DNA of 62,137 bases, counting the filler. It is 23 parts of 23 records of this genome, joined end to end, with 100 filler letters (N's around TTAATTAATTAA, not from the genome) between each part and the next. Parts side by side here need not be neighbours in the genome. Positions count along the whole stretch, not along the records: positions 48,195 to 50,624 come from SRR16133337_21655; positions 50,725 to 52,782 come from SRR16133337_21868; positions 52,883 to 55,091 come from SRR16133337_22346; positions 55,192 to 57,414 come from SRR16133337_22571; positions 57,515 to 59,552 come from SRR16133337_22835; positions 59,653 to 62,137 come from SRR16133337_22898; 17 more parts are not named here. One strand, written 5' to 3'. Position numbers and translations under genes: made by a program. A model generated the notes under the pieces. That model searched no databases. It saw nothing but the letters and a program-made list of their open reading frames with translations, and was not told the origin of the DNA. Below, piece by piece: positions 50,306 through 62,137 of this stretch (its first letter is position 1; each line of letters begins with the position of its first letter).

Positions 50306-52474
50306 GTTTTGGTCAGATGCGAGGAAACGGGGTCTGCGGATTTTGGAGTCAGTAGAGGTCGCACCTCAACAACCCTTGGATCTTTGTACCGCCGGCTCCC
50401 AAGTTTGCGTGCAGGTTGAAATGGAGGAAGTGCAGCCAACCGTGAAAGGTGCTGCAGCATTGAAGGTTGCAGAAGTTGTGGAAGATTATGGAGTTGGAGA
50501 GAGGTTACTTGTTATGGAACAGTCGCAACTATTTTTATTGCACTTGTGGCAATCTTTTTGTCGCTCTATACTTGATAAAGAAAAAAATGATTAGCATATA
50601 TTTTTATTGTTTCTAGGCGATTCANNNNNNNNNNNNNNNNNNNNNNNNNNNNNNNNNNNNNNNNNNNNTTAATTAATTAANNNNNNNNNNNNNNNNNNNN
50701 NNNNNNNNNNNNNNNNNNNNNNNNGTGTTCCATGGAAGGCTGGATACAATCCTTGATTTTGAGATGTTTTTTCATGAACACACCCCTAACTTTAAAATCC
50801 AAGACTTAGTGCCTGAATTTTGACTTCATAAATATGATATGTAGCAACAGCTACACAAAATGAACGAGAGAACTGTGTAAACTGGGTGTGCACAGTGTAT
50901 TGGAAACAGTTTTGAAACTTTTGCTTCATCCACTCATTTTCACATTTCTGGTGCTGAATGTTTTCTTCGTGTGGTCTTTGATTGATGAGTTCGCACTGTG
51001 GGTGTTGAACCTTTCGCATTCTTCTGGCCTGACCAAAGACAATTGCTGAAAAACGACAGTATTGCCTCAGTTTTCTGTCTTGATTGTCAAGTCAAGTTTT
51101 TTTCACAAAACCACATAAAATTGTTCTTGCCTACACGATGTGACCACAAAAACCCATTCGCAATGCGGGTGTTGAATCTTGGGCCTCGATTGACTGCACG
51201 GTCTGTTTCAAACCGCCGAAACCTTCCCACAAAAAAGCTTGAATCACACTGTGTTACGTATTTTTGGGGACTTCGCACTCTTATGCGACAATTTTGGAGT
51301 ATTTGTGGTGGCTTGGTAGGCACGCCCTGTTGAATCTTGTTTTGCGTGTGGCAACACAAAGAATATGTATGGTGAAACCAGAAAAATTGGATAATTTCGC
51401 ATTTTGTATGACGTAACGAACAAATTTATCGGAAAAGACTCAACACATGAAATTCACCTTGATTTCACTGTTTTGTGAGATTTCAAGGTTCTCTAGTGAA
51501 AGCTGCAACAGTCACAGCAGACAGTTTACTCACAACAAAAGACAAAAGAAAATCCGACGTTGTCTTGAAATACCGGCTCCGAAAATGTCACGAAGGATCT
51601 CACCTTAGCTGATGGGTTATGTCCCCCCAAGACCCCCACCACAGTGCTCACCACGACGCCCTCTTTCACCGGAAGGGGTCAAAACACCCCACATCCTTCG
51701 GAGCCTAGATTTTTCTGAGACCCCCTATCTACAATTGAAACTTCCACTTCGTTCCAGCTTCGAAAACAAAAGTTTTTCTACGCCTCCACTCACGTGGAAG
51801 TTGCAAAAATTCTGACACTTCGCCCCAAAGAGGTGGATAAGATAGTGTAGAGAACCTTGAGACTACATACTGTTCCCAAGTCTGAACATTCCACTGTCAC
51901 GACCTCTGTTCTCCAACTCTTGGTCTCTGAAAAACAACCACACAATTTTCGAAAATCTACATCATGTCAAAACGTATTTTGCAGGAACACTGCTGTAAAG
52001 ATCAAGATTCGTAAAATAATAATTTTTTTCCTGAAAATGGTAAATCAATTTTGTAACTAATGAGACTTTCCTGTTGACGAACGAATAACAATTTCATTCT
52101 GGTGACATCGCGAAACTGACGTTGGTCTGAGTGTTGACAAGCCAGAAGAAACCTGGGGTTTTTTCGCATTGACTTAGAACAATTTGAGTGGTTCGTATGA
52201 AGGTTAGAATCCCTCCTTAAAATTTAGTACCGCATAATCATACAGGAATTACGTACAGTACATGCAATAGCACAAAAGTTTTGGCATTTTTCCATTCTCC
52301 GCTAAAAAGACCAAGGAATTGGTTGAGCAAAGTTTTGAAGTAGCCTTGACATGCACAGCAAAAACACATCCGCAATGTCCAAATTTACTGGCCAACGTTC
52401 AGTGGACGTTTTAATGTTTTATGCATCTACTGTGGTGCTGTAATTGCACTGACCTGGAATGTTTTTTTCTGTAG

Positions 52475-52612
52475 ATAATGCGTGCACCATGGATCTCTGT
52501 GACTCCACTCGTGGCTGCTATTTTGAACAGATTCATTGTGACGATGGTAATGCTTGTACCATAGACTTGTGTGACCCGTCTGAAGGCTGTATGGCGCGCC
52601 ATGACACTGAAA
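52475..52612 (+). CDS. Exon with two Cys-rich CTDC-type repeats (Dictyostelium extracellular-matrix-like)
   Basis: AG..GT exon reading NACTMDLCDSTRGCYFEQIHCDDGNACTIDLCDPSEGC, a 24-aa period. Confidence 0.8.
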
Positions 52613-53308
52613 GTATGTATTGAAACATTGCGTTTTCAGCACACGCTTTTGATGTGCTCTAAAGCCTGCTTTTTGTGGTGTCTGGTGCCAAATCGTAACT
52701 TTAAGACCGTTTCAAGATAGTACCCAACCAAAACCGAGGTTTTTGCAGAAATAGGGAGTGGAAATGGTAAAGTTGCTGTTTANNNNNNNNNNNNNNNNNN
52801 NNNNNNNNNNNNNNNNNNNNNNNNNNTTAATTAATTAANNNNNNNNNNNNNNNNNNNNNNNNNNNNNNNNNNNNNNNNNNNNCGAAAATAGGCGCCCAGT
52901 CATCCTAGTACAGAAATACGTTAACAAAAGTGGCGAGAAAAGTTTTCTTTCATTGTTATGTGTCTTTTCGTTCTGGGAGAGTTAAGAATCATCGTTGGTT
53001 TTTACATTTTCATCCACGGAGCTCTGTGCATCACAAAGAGTACATTTTACACTGAAATGTAGCCGTAATATTTGAAATTTGTGGACACAAAACGTCTTAT
53101 TCCCCACGTACCAAACCAAACGAAACTTATATATTTCAAGATCACACAAACGTATACATTTGGCATCATTTAAAAATATTATAAAATGCTAAAATTGAAA
53201 GCATACACAAATAAAGTAATTAATGTACCAAAGTTTTGGAGACATATATTCAAAAATTGAATAAATTGAAACGAAAACATAACGTAATTATTTTTTTGTG
53301 TCTTTTAG

Positions 53309-54497
53309 AAATGGTAAAAGACGCTAAGAAAGTGAGTGGCGCAAGGGACAGCTTGGACGATGTCACCATAATTTTACTCACAATATTTTGTACGCTCATT
53401 TCAGTGGCGATTGGATTTGTAGTTTATCATAAGCTGATCAAAGAGAAAAAGAAAGACCCACAAGTCAAGTAAGTCCCAAATATAGAAAAATGCATACCTT
53501 TAGTGTTTATATGGGAGACAGCCATGTAGTGCCACCTAGCACACAAAGATTTTCTTGAAACGCGAAAATAAAAGTTATTGATGCATCATTCTTAACTGTG
53601 TTTTATCAGTTCGCATCCTATGGGAATTTGAACGAGAAATAGAAAATATATTGGCAAAAACTTCCCGTTGAAAAACATGATGCTATTTTCAAAGTTTTGA
53701 ATTCGCAGCTCTACGAAATGTTCATGTGCAGTGTTTGTTTCTTCTTTTGTTAATTGTTTTTGTTGATTGACCAATGGACACTCTTACAACTTCCTACACA
53801 TTTTCGCTCAAAAACGTTATATTAGATAGAAAGAAGTAAGGCAACAGCATCGTACTAGTTCGTGATGCTCAAAAGACTTACAGTTCATCTACAGCAAATA
53901 TTTGGCCATCCAAAAATATTATTGCATATTGAGTAGGAAAAAGTTTTTTGAGCTATGTTTGCAGTATAATTATTGGATCTTAACACCTTGGTAAGAATTT
54001 TGAATTTTTGCTGCTGCACAATAAAAATAATTTTGTAAACACCATGAGCGATTTTGAGGTATCACTTCTCGTCAGCGCGTGTAAAGTTTTTGAAAAACAA
54101 CTATTTTTGTGTCTAGAGGTGAGATGTGGGTGTGGGTGGGTGAGTGAAGTGAGTGGGGAACAAACGCACGGCGAAAAAAAATAATATATGGTTTTTGTGC
54201 CAACAAGAATACATTTTAGCCCCTTGAAAGGCAGATTAAATATTGTAATATTTAGAATGTTTGATTTTGTTCTTGTGCGGCCCAAACATTTCCAAGAAAT
54301 CTGTGGATTGTGTTATGACTTGTCTAATGCATTTTGTCACTATTTTTGTTTTTAGAGATTTTTACAAGAGTGCGGGCAAACGTTTGGTTGAAGAAGAGCC
54401 ATCAGTTTCAGAACTTGAATCAGGTGATCGTGCGACACAAGAATTAGTGTCAGTTGGCCATGGTGGAGGTGACGATGATGAACCGGCAAGATTGTGA
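53309..54497 (+). CDS. C-terminus of a eukaryotic single-pass membrane protein; exons about 53309-53468 and 54356-54497
   Basis: TM helix IILLTIFCTLISVAIGFVVY + basic stop-transfer; acidic final exon ending PARL-TGA; GT-AG boundaries. Confidence 0.5.
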
Positions 54498-55191
54498 AAA
54501 ATGAACTAATTGTAAACATTTTTTGTACATATGAGGAGAGATTTTCAACAAATATCGCTTTGTCTCTGTGGAGTTGGATGTGTTTGTGCTTTTTGAATAC
54601 AGAACAAAGACGTTTTTTGTAGATTTTTGTGTTTGTACAGTAAAACGTCATTTAAGAAAGTTTTTTGCGCTAAAATACGCGTGGGTAATTTTGTAGCCAA
54701 GGGAGCTTTTTGAGGGCACACGCAATGCTTTAAATTATGAAAAAAGGGTACCAGATTGTGTGGTCGGTGCGACTCCGCTGACATGAAATTTTGTGCCAAA
54801 AATTGATGTTTCTAAAATTCATATGTAGAAAAACTCTTCATTTTATATTGAATCCAAAATGCTGCTGGTTGCTTGTAAGTTCAGTTTTTGTTGTTCTCAA
54901 ATCGTTTTCTTTATTGGGTTTAATTTTCGTTTTCTTAGTGAGTTTTGTGCTCGGTATTTTTGGTGCTAACGCGCAAGGAAGCCCTGGTGATCTGGTCTTA
55001 GTCCAAGAAGGGATTGAGAAGGTAATAAATACTATAGAGTCGAAAGATGTATCGATATTTTTCTTCACAGGTTTTCGGTAACATCGTAGTANNNNNNNNN
55101 NNNNNNNNNNNNNNNNNNNNNNNNNNNNNNNNNNNTTAATTAATTAANNNNNNNNNNNNNNNNNNNNNNNNNNNNNNNNNNNNNNNNNNNN

Positions 55192-55625
55192 TTTTGTGTA
55201 ACAATCGTTACACAATGTGTAGTTGGACAAGCTGTTGTGCAGTTGGAAACCCCCCTGCTACACAAATTGTGTAGTGGAAAAACCGCTACTCCACAAATTG
55301 TGAAGTTGAAAAAATTCTTACTACACAAATTTTTAGATGGTAATAAATTTGCTACACAACTTGTGTAGTTCCAACAATTGTTTACCACAATTGAAGCCTT
55401 TGTGGTCGTAGATCCTGTAAAAATCGTTTTATAGTCACAAGTTCAATACATTTAGTGGTTTTTCAAAAACAATTCTCCTCCCAGAGAGGTCAACTTGGAA
55501 ACTATATACAAGAGAATATTGTGCAATCAGAATTATTGGGAAAATTGTTGTTACACAAATGTGTAGTTGGAAAAATTACTGTTACACAACCTTGTGCAGT
55601 TGGGTTTGGAAAAATCGTTACACAA
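55192..55625. repeat. About 31-bp minisatellite with palindromic core CTACACA-NNN-TGTGTAG
   Basis: About 6 units at 55200-55395 and about 3 at 55548-55625. Confidence 0.75.
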
Positions 55626-57572
55626 AAAAACACACTGTAACCACCTCCTCTGCCGGCGTGTTTTTTGACAAATTTTGGAGGAGGTTTTGTACCAAAACAT
55701 TGTCCACTTGCAGGGGTGGGGTTATGTAAATGTAAAACCTCAAAGTTCGAAAACACTTTAAAAATAACACACAAATCGCACGGTTTTGAAAGAAATACTC
55801 GTTGCATGATAACGAACAAGAAAAACACACTCAGAGCCTGCTGACAAAATTTCAGCACTGGGAAGCAAAAACGGAACTCAGCTCTTTCTCACTTTGCCAC
55901 GCCAGCAGCTCGCCATGTTCCGTTCCGTTTGTTCTGGTTGATCAAATTTGTGTCCATTCAATGTGTCCCATTGCAGTTAGTATTTTGGACACGTTCGGTT
56001 TTCGCACTGTCTTGTGGGGTATTTTTTTAATAGCTTATATGTTTTGTTGTTTGGCAAAAAAAATGCCTGAAGAACGTGTTTAAGTACGTAGGAATCGCTG
56101 ATACCTTATGACAGGGCATCGTAGTGTGGCTGCGTGCATTTCCCCCCAGCGTCAGCCAAAAGCCCAAGCGGCGTTTGAGTGTGCGAAGAAAGAAAGTCCG
56201 TACGCAATTCCTGGAAATTTCTGGAAACAGTTTAATTTCAATTCCATTAACGTTTTTGTCAAGGATAACAAAATTCACAGTGTTGTCGCGGCAACCCGGG
56301 TTCGATTCGCACCTGGTCTATTTTTTTTCTGGTCAGGAAGCACACTTGCTCAAATTTTGATATCTGCCTGCGGCAGCCAAAAGGCGTCGCCGTTTGAGAC
56401 CTTGCTGCCGCGCGACAGCAAGGTTGTTGGGTGGCAGCCCGTATCGCCAGACAGCTAGTTTAAAAATCCCACAGATGCTTTTGTGAGTACAAGGAGTATT
56501 CAACCGTTCGGTTTTCTTTGTAAAAAAGTCAAACCGTGAAGTGGCACTTCACATTTTCTTGAAGAAAATCCTGGACTGGACATTAACTGATAAAGAAAGA
56601 AAGTGGACAAAAAACGAATGGCTGAATACTCCTTGCAATCATGTGTACGTAAAGCGATTTTTTTAAACGATTTTTTTATTAACTTCCACTGTGCTACCAA
56701 AAATACGCGTTCACCATTCGAAAAATATGTTTTGCGGTGTTACAAGTTTGGCCTGGTTGGTTGCATGCTATCTTACCGACGCAAATTCTATTTTTGGAGC
56801 TTTCGCACTGCAAACGTGCGCTGACACGTCATTTTCGCACTCGAGATGCTACTGTGACGTCATAGCAATATAATCTCGCACTTTTATCACAACAATCACA
56901 GTTGTAAAGATGCGCACATTCGTTGTTTATACCAGGCCAAATTCCAAAAGAGCTTGTAATACCCTAAATAAATATTTTTATTTTCCCTCACATACAGGGT
57001 GTATCAGGGTATAAACCACCCCTATAACGCCCTATACCCCCACCCCCCACATCCACCACCCCTTTCAAAATCGAAGATTTTGGGGATTTGTCATAATCAG
57101 TGTATCCCTTAATCGTTTTAGACACCATTTAGGGGTCTCTAAGATTTGTCAGTCAGAATCATTCTGCAGTTGCCCGCTTCGCGTTCGCCATTGTTCATTG
57201 AGCTCAAAAGTGCAATTTCAAAAAGAGACGGATGACGAATTGTGACTAGCATACAAATTTTTTGTTGCTGTACTTCGCATGCTAATCAACATGGCGTAGC
57301 AGTATGGTTTTCCAAACACACAAATCTTAGACATCCTTTTGATTAAGGGATAACCAACCCCTCCCACCCCCACCTCCCACACACCACCCACACCACCCAC
57401 CACCCCTTTGGCCCNNNNNNNNNNNNNNNNNNNNNNNNNNNNNNNNNNNNNNNNNNNNTTAATTAATTAANNNNNNNNNNNNNNNNNNNNNNNNNNNNNN
57501 NNNNNNNNNNNNNNTTTTGAGGCATCGAAATTTGAAAAATGATTTCAATTATTTTGCCCCTTTTACAATTAC

Positions 57573-59284
57573 CTTTTCTGCAGGTTCATACGGCTTCGGT
57601 GTTTGATCCACAGGTTCTTCTGCTTTGTCTTCGTCATCGTCCTCATCTTCGCCTTCATCATCAGAAGTTTTTTCGGGTACTTCACAAAACACACATAACA
57701 GCGTTAGTTGACAAATAAAATATGCTATCCTTATGCGTTGTGATCCTTCATTCCAATGTAGCACATTTTTTAGCTAGAACGGAATGTTTCTTAATTTCTT
57801 GCCACAACCACATTTGGTGGTTTCCAAAAAACACATGTTAGCATAAATATTGAAAAACCTGTTGTACACCATCGGTCATACACAGATGTTTCACAAAACA
57901 ATAAGTGTATCATACACGTTATACCCGGTTTTACATGAGCCATTGTAACATTGTAATAACGCAAACGTTGCTTATAGATAAAATGATATCCATATTAGTC
58001 AGATGAAATCAAGTTTCAACCTACCATTGAACCAACCTCCACCAATAGATTGTTTCCGCCATTCTCTTACTCTTTAGGCATTACCGATGTGGAAAATTGA
58101 GGTTCAAAACAACACCCTTGTATTTTTTAAGCGGTAAATTATTACTTACCGGTTGTGTCAGTCGGCTTTGCGTAATAATCTATAAACACAAAGAGAATAA
58201 GTTATACACCACTTAATTACATTAACGTATTTACACAATTTGTGCTTACAAACAAAACAAGCTGTTCCAATAACGGGCGAGTGTATAATCTGTCCCAAAA
58301 TTGAAACATGCGCACTTTTATGAGTTATTTCCATGAAAACATCCAAAGGTATTTCGCCACAATGATTGACGGTTATCTAGCGTAGCCATTTCGTCATTTA
58401 CAATAAAAAGATTTGTGTGACTTACCAAGAGCACCAAGACCAAAATTCAGAGCATCTGTGAACTTTTGGATGACTTTTTTGGCAGTGTCTTCCTAAAATA
58501 CACAAACAAAGAACAGCTTGAATTCAAGCCCATAACGAGATAGAGCTGTTTGAGCACGATATATTTTCACAAAAACAAAATAGTCTAAAACCATTAAACA
58601 TTTTTGGTTCAGGGAAAATTTGGAAACCTTCCATTATGAAATTCTACGCGCTGTTTTGGGAACAAAAACGCTATTTTATCCAAGTTTTGGGTCATTTTCT
58701 TTACGCCAAACTCGTTTTGCGGTGTGAGGACACCACTTTTTCGCTGTCGTTTCTATAATGTTTACGAAACGATAAATTGAAACAATAAATAAGTTATTCC
58801 CCACTATAATTCTTCACGAAAACCTACTCACTTCTTCCTCCACAGCATCATTTTTCTCTTCTTCATCATCGTCAGCATCTTCGTCTTCATACACACGCTA
58901 AAAACATAACACCAACAAAAACCGATTTTGTACAAAAACTCTGAATATTTCTTCCCACAGGAAAGCGAGCTGAACAATTATAGTAAATTTGGGACGGCCG
59001 CTGGAACAGCACATACTAACATTTCCACATTAAAATTCAATTACATGCTTACCTCAAACACAGAAAGCATAGAAATTGAGCCAACAACAGAGAGGTAATA
59101 AAGTTATGTGTGTACTTACATTTTCTACAAATTGAGTGTTACTGAGCATCAAGAATTGATTGAATGTGTTTTTGAGTTTTATACTTGCGCCATTAGTTGC
59201 AAAAGACAAATCATTGAGTTCGCCTTCTAATTCTTTTGTTTTTGTAATTAGCCTGTCCGAAAATCCTTGAAGATAATCCAAAAG
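57573..59284 (-). CDS. WASHC2: WASH complex subunit 2 (FAM21) N-terminal region, partial; exons 59284-59120, 58897-58832, 58492-58426, then an acidic exon near 57573-57680
   Basis: LLDYLQGFSDRLITKTKEL...KLKNTFNQFLMLSNTQFVEN|RVYEDED matches the FAM21 signature FNxFLMLSNTQFxENRVY. Confidence 0.88.
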
Positions 59285-61129
59285 CTAAAATCAAACGACA
59301 AAACATTAGTTGCTGTGACAAAACACACCAAAGATCAAGTAGAAACAATCAAACTGTTAAAAACAGGAAAGATTTTCAAAAACAGAATAAGACATTACGC
59401 TCTCGAAAAAATCCAATTCTTTTTATGCCAAAATGAGAAGAAAAACAGCAACTGTAGCGTTTGAAAATTCATCAAATACACGCTTGCCTTTAGATATTCG
59501 TGCGAATTTCAACAACTTTCGACTTCTACCTTGCAACCAAAAATTGAGAGGTNNNNNNNNNNNNNNNNNNNNNNNNNNNNNNNNNNNNNNNNNNNNTTAA
59601 TTAATTAANNNNNNNNNNNNNNNNNNNNNNNNNNNNNNNNNNNNNNNNNNNNAAAACACTCCCGATACTTCCGTTAAAATGCATTTGGAACATTCCGCGC
59701 GCGCACAAAATTTCACTAGAGCACGTTTGGATTTGTTGTGCGTGGGATAGCACACCGGTGTTTGGTCGGGAAATTAGGTTTTATGTGGCTCGGAATACGA
59801 TGTGGCACAAAAAGTGAAATTTGTGGTGGAAAAATGAATTTCACTCGAAATAGTATAATCACCACAAATTGACGCGCGCGCGAGCGAAAAACGCACGTTT
59901 GGCCACGCGGATGAAGCGTACCCATCTGTGTGCCAATAAACACGACAATTTCTTTTTCACTTCCACGTGTTGAAGTTGTGGAAGAAAGTATGCCATGCCC
60001 TCGAATCTCATGCGGTTTTACGAGTCGAGCTCATTCTGAGCGTTGACCAAACAAATGAAGTTCTTGAACTTGCTGTTTCTCAGTATCATCCCTAACTTCT
60101 AGTTCTGTGACCATGTCGAGGAATCTCTCCTTCGTCGTACATCCTGTTATTTTCTTCAGTGCATTTGTGCAAAAGCGAGAACTTTGAAAAACGACTTACA
60201 GTGCGAATGACAAAAGTAAAAAACAAAATCCCATATAATATTTGGTGAATTTACTCGCCCTTTTATTTCATCACAAAAGAATACGTGTATTCAGATTTGC
60301 AGGATAAGTTATTTTATTTTCATTCTTGAAGGTAACATGTATTGCAGTGTTTGGTGTTTTTTATACCTGTATTAAAAGTTGTATTAATGGCAGATTGCTT
60401 TTCATGGCAGCAATATGCAAAGCTGTCCGCCCATACTTTCCAGTGGAATTCACACAATTCTAAAAACAAACACAACATACGAATTAAACAAAAGGAAAGA
60501 AAGCACATTTCAGTTCAAAATCTTCTTAGGCATTGTTCTTATTACTATATAAACATATTCAACTGCGTTTGCAACGCACAATCAACAAAACTCCTAATTT
60601 CTATAGCAATCGTTATAAACACAAATGCTATGGCTATGATTCACATGACAATTCTAAATACCCTACAAGATTTTTGGAGAATAAAAAAAATATGACTGTA
60701 TAGAAAACAAAAATCAAAATTCAGATAGCATATTTTGACGTAGATTTTAGAGCATTGAGACGAAATATTTTTGTCCAATATTTCTCGTTCATTTGAAACA
60801 TCCCGTAAAAACAATGACGATTTTCGTCTTTTATTTTCACAACAACTGTACCATTGAATCCTTGAAAACTTTGTTTTTGTTTGTTAACCTACCTGAGTGT
60901 CCTAAAGAAACGAACCAGGAAAAAATCATTTCGTTTCTACACTATTTCATATATTTTCATGTTGGTTTTTAAATTGCAAGCGGCATAATTTGAAAAATAG
61001 AAAATCCCGTGCTGCCATTTCAGACAATAACACATGTACATTAAGGTATTTTCACAAAATATCTTGTGAAAAGTAGAGAAGTATCCCCATATCCCTTCGA
61101 GTTTGTTTATAGTTTTTCTTATTTTATTC

Positions 61130-61405
61130 CTAACGTGTCAAGCCACAAATTATTCTAACGAGCAATAGAACTGAATTTAAGGGTTCGAAGATTCCTCGAG
61201 CAAATGACCGTAAGGTGCATACCGGAGCTCCATTGACGACACATTGTGATGTAGTTTGATCTTCATTTTCTGCTGCTATATGTAGAGCGGTGTTATAGTT
61301 ATCATCTTTACATCCTGGATCCACTTTCATTTCACTGCGGTCTTCTACTAATAAGCGCCATACTTCAATATGATTACCGGTACTTGCTGCCAGTAATAAT
61401 CCTCG
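61130..61405 (-). CDS. Ankyrin-repeat-containing exon of a eukaryotic gene
   Basis: LLLAASTGNHIEVWRLLVE...VDPGCKDDNYNTALHIAAEN; 3' boundary uncertain. Confidence 0.7.
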   Translation of the reverse strand, partial: RGLLLAASTGNHIEVWRLLVEDRSEMKVDPGCKDDNYNTALHIAAENEDQTTSQCVVNGAPVCTLRSFARGIFEPLNSVLLLVRIICGLTR

Positions 61406-62137
61406 CTATACAAATTTCAATAGCAAGAAATATGAATGGTCAATTAACTTACGCTCCATTTTTCGTTCAAAAATAAACAAAACAACTGTTACCAAAAATG
61501 GCAGGAATCCTCATCACGAAGCGTTTGCTGTGGGATATTGATTTTATATTATGATGGGCGCGTTATGGGAAAAGTGTAAAGTTACTCCGATAACAAGGGA
61601 AAATTCTCGGAATTTGAGCACCAGCGATAAGACAAGAATAATTTTTCTACCAAAATTTTTCCTTCATTAAGTTAAATTCTATTACAAAACTTACAATACA
61701 GAATGTTTCCGAGCAAAAAATTCCCTTTCAAACAACAAAAGTTCATCATGAGATCGAGAATTTCATGAAACGATTTTTTTTCAAGTTCTTTCCATATGAA
61801 AAGTTTTTAATAAAAAATTGTGAAAACAAGCAAAACAAATGAAATTTTTTAAAAAAAACTCCAATTTTGTGACTCTATAGAAGCAAGGGTCTCAATGCTA
61901 TGAAAACATTTGTACATTGGATTGAATAAAAACCACAAAGCATTTTCCTATCGAATTGCGACCGAAAATCAGTTTTTAGTGAGTGAACAGCGGCGGTGGT
62001 TGGTGTGTCTTGGCATTGGAATTTTCAATTCTACAAAAAGGCGAATCTATGTTCGATAATCTTGTCAAACGTACGTTTTTAAATGATACAACTGCTGCAT
62101 GCAACTTCTGTACCCAAATGTTACTGAACACAGGACT

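Noticed and set aside
49983-50594. 203-aa Cys/Met/Val-rich ORF
   Set aside because: Mostly translation of a TG-rich microsatellite; only the part after the AG at about 50317 may be a real exon
59716-60195. Minus-strand frame interrupted by one TGA (60031-60033), suggesting nuclear stop reassignment or selenocysteine
   Set aside because: No recognisable homology, a GTAAGT donor just upstream suggests intron sequence, and the confident nuclear exons use TGG for Trp

Overview
This window is not one locus. It is 23 short contigs joined by 22 artificial 100-nt spacers (N44-TTAATTAATTAA-N44), and three sources are mixed. (1) Three intronless Bacteroidota contigs of Flavobacteriaceae type: manA-fabG-M16 peptidase-sucD; lipoprotein + DUF5723-like barrel + tRNA-Thr; YccA + TPM + ORF6N. 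(2) A mitochondrial contig using genetic code 4, with a C-terminally truncated cox1 tail-to-tail with an unusually long nad2; the ORF track catches only fragments of both. (3) About 19 contigs from an AT-rich eukaryote with GT-AG introns, probably a non-opisthokont protist. These carry a PX-domain gene, histidine acid phosphatase, intron-split Harbinger-type transposase, tandem C-type lectin domains, MOLO1/TPM, divergent EF-1alpha-like GTPase, CTDC repeats, WASHC2/FAM21, an ankyrin exon, satellites, and a Penelope-like reverse transcriptase with no fused endonuclease. The most interesting signals are the ORF6N gene with a palindrome inside its coding region and a perfect sister palindrome upstream, the endonuclease-less Penelope-like RT, and the apparently split cox1. 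All calls come from reading motifs by eye; no database searches were run.
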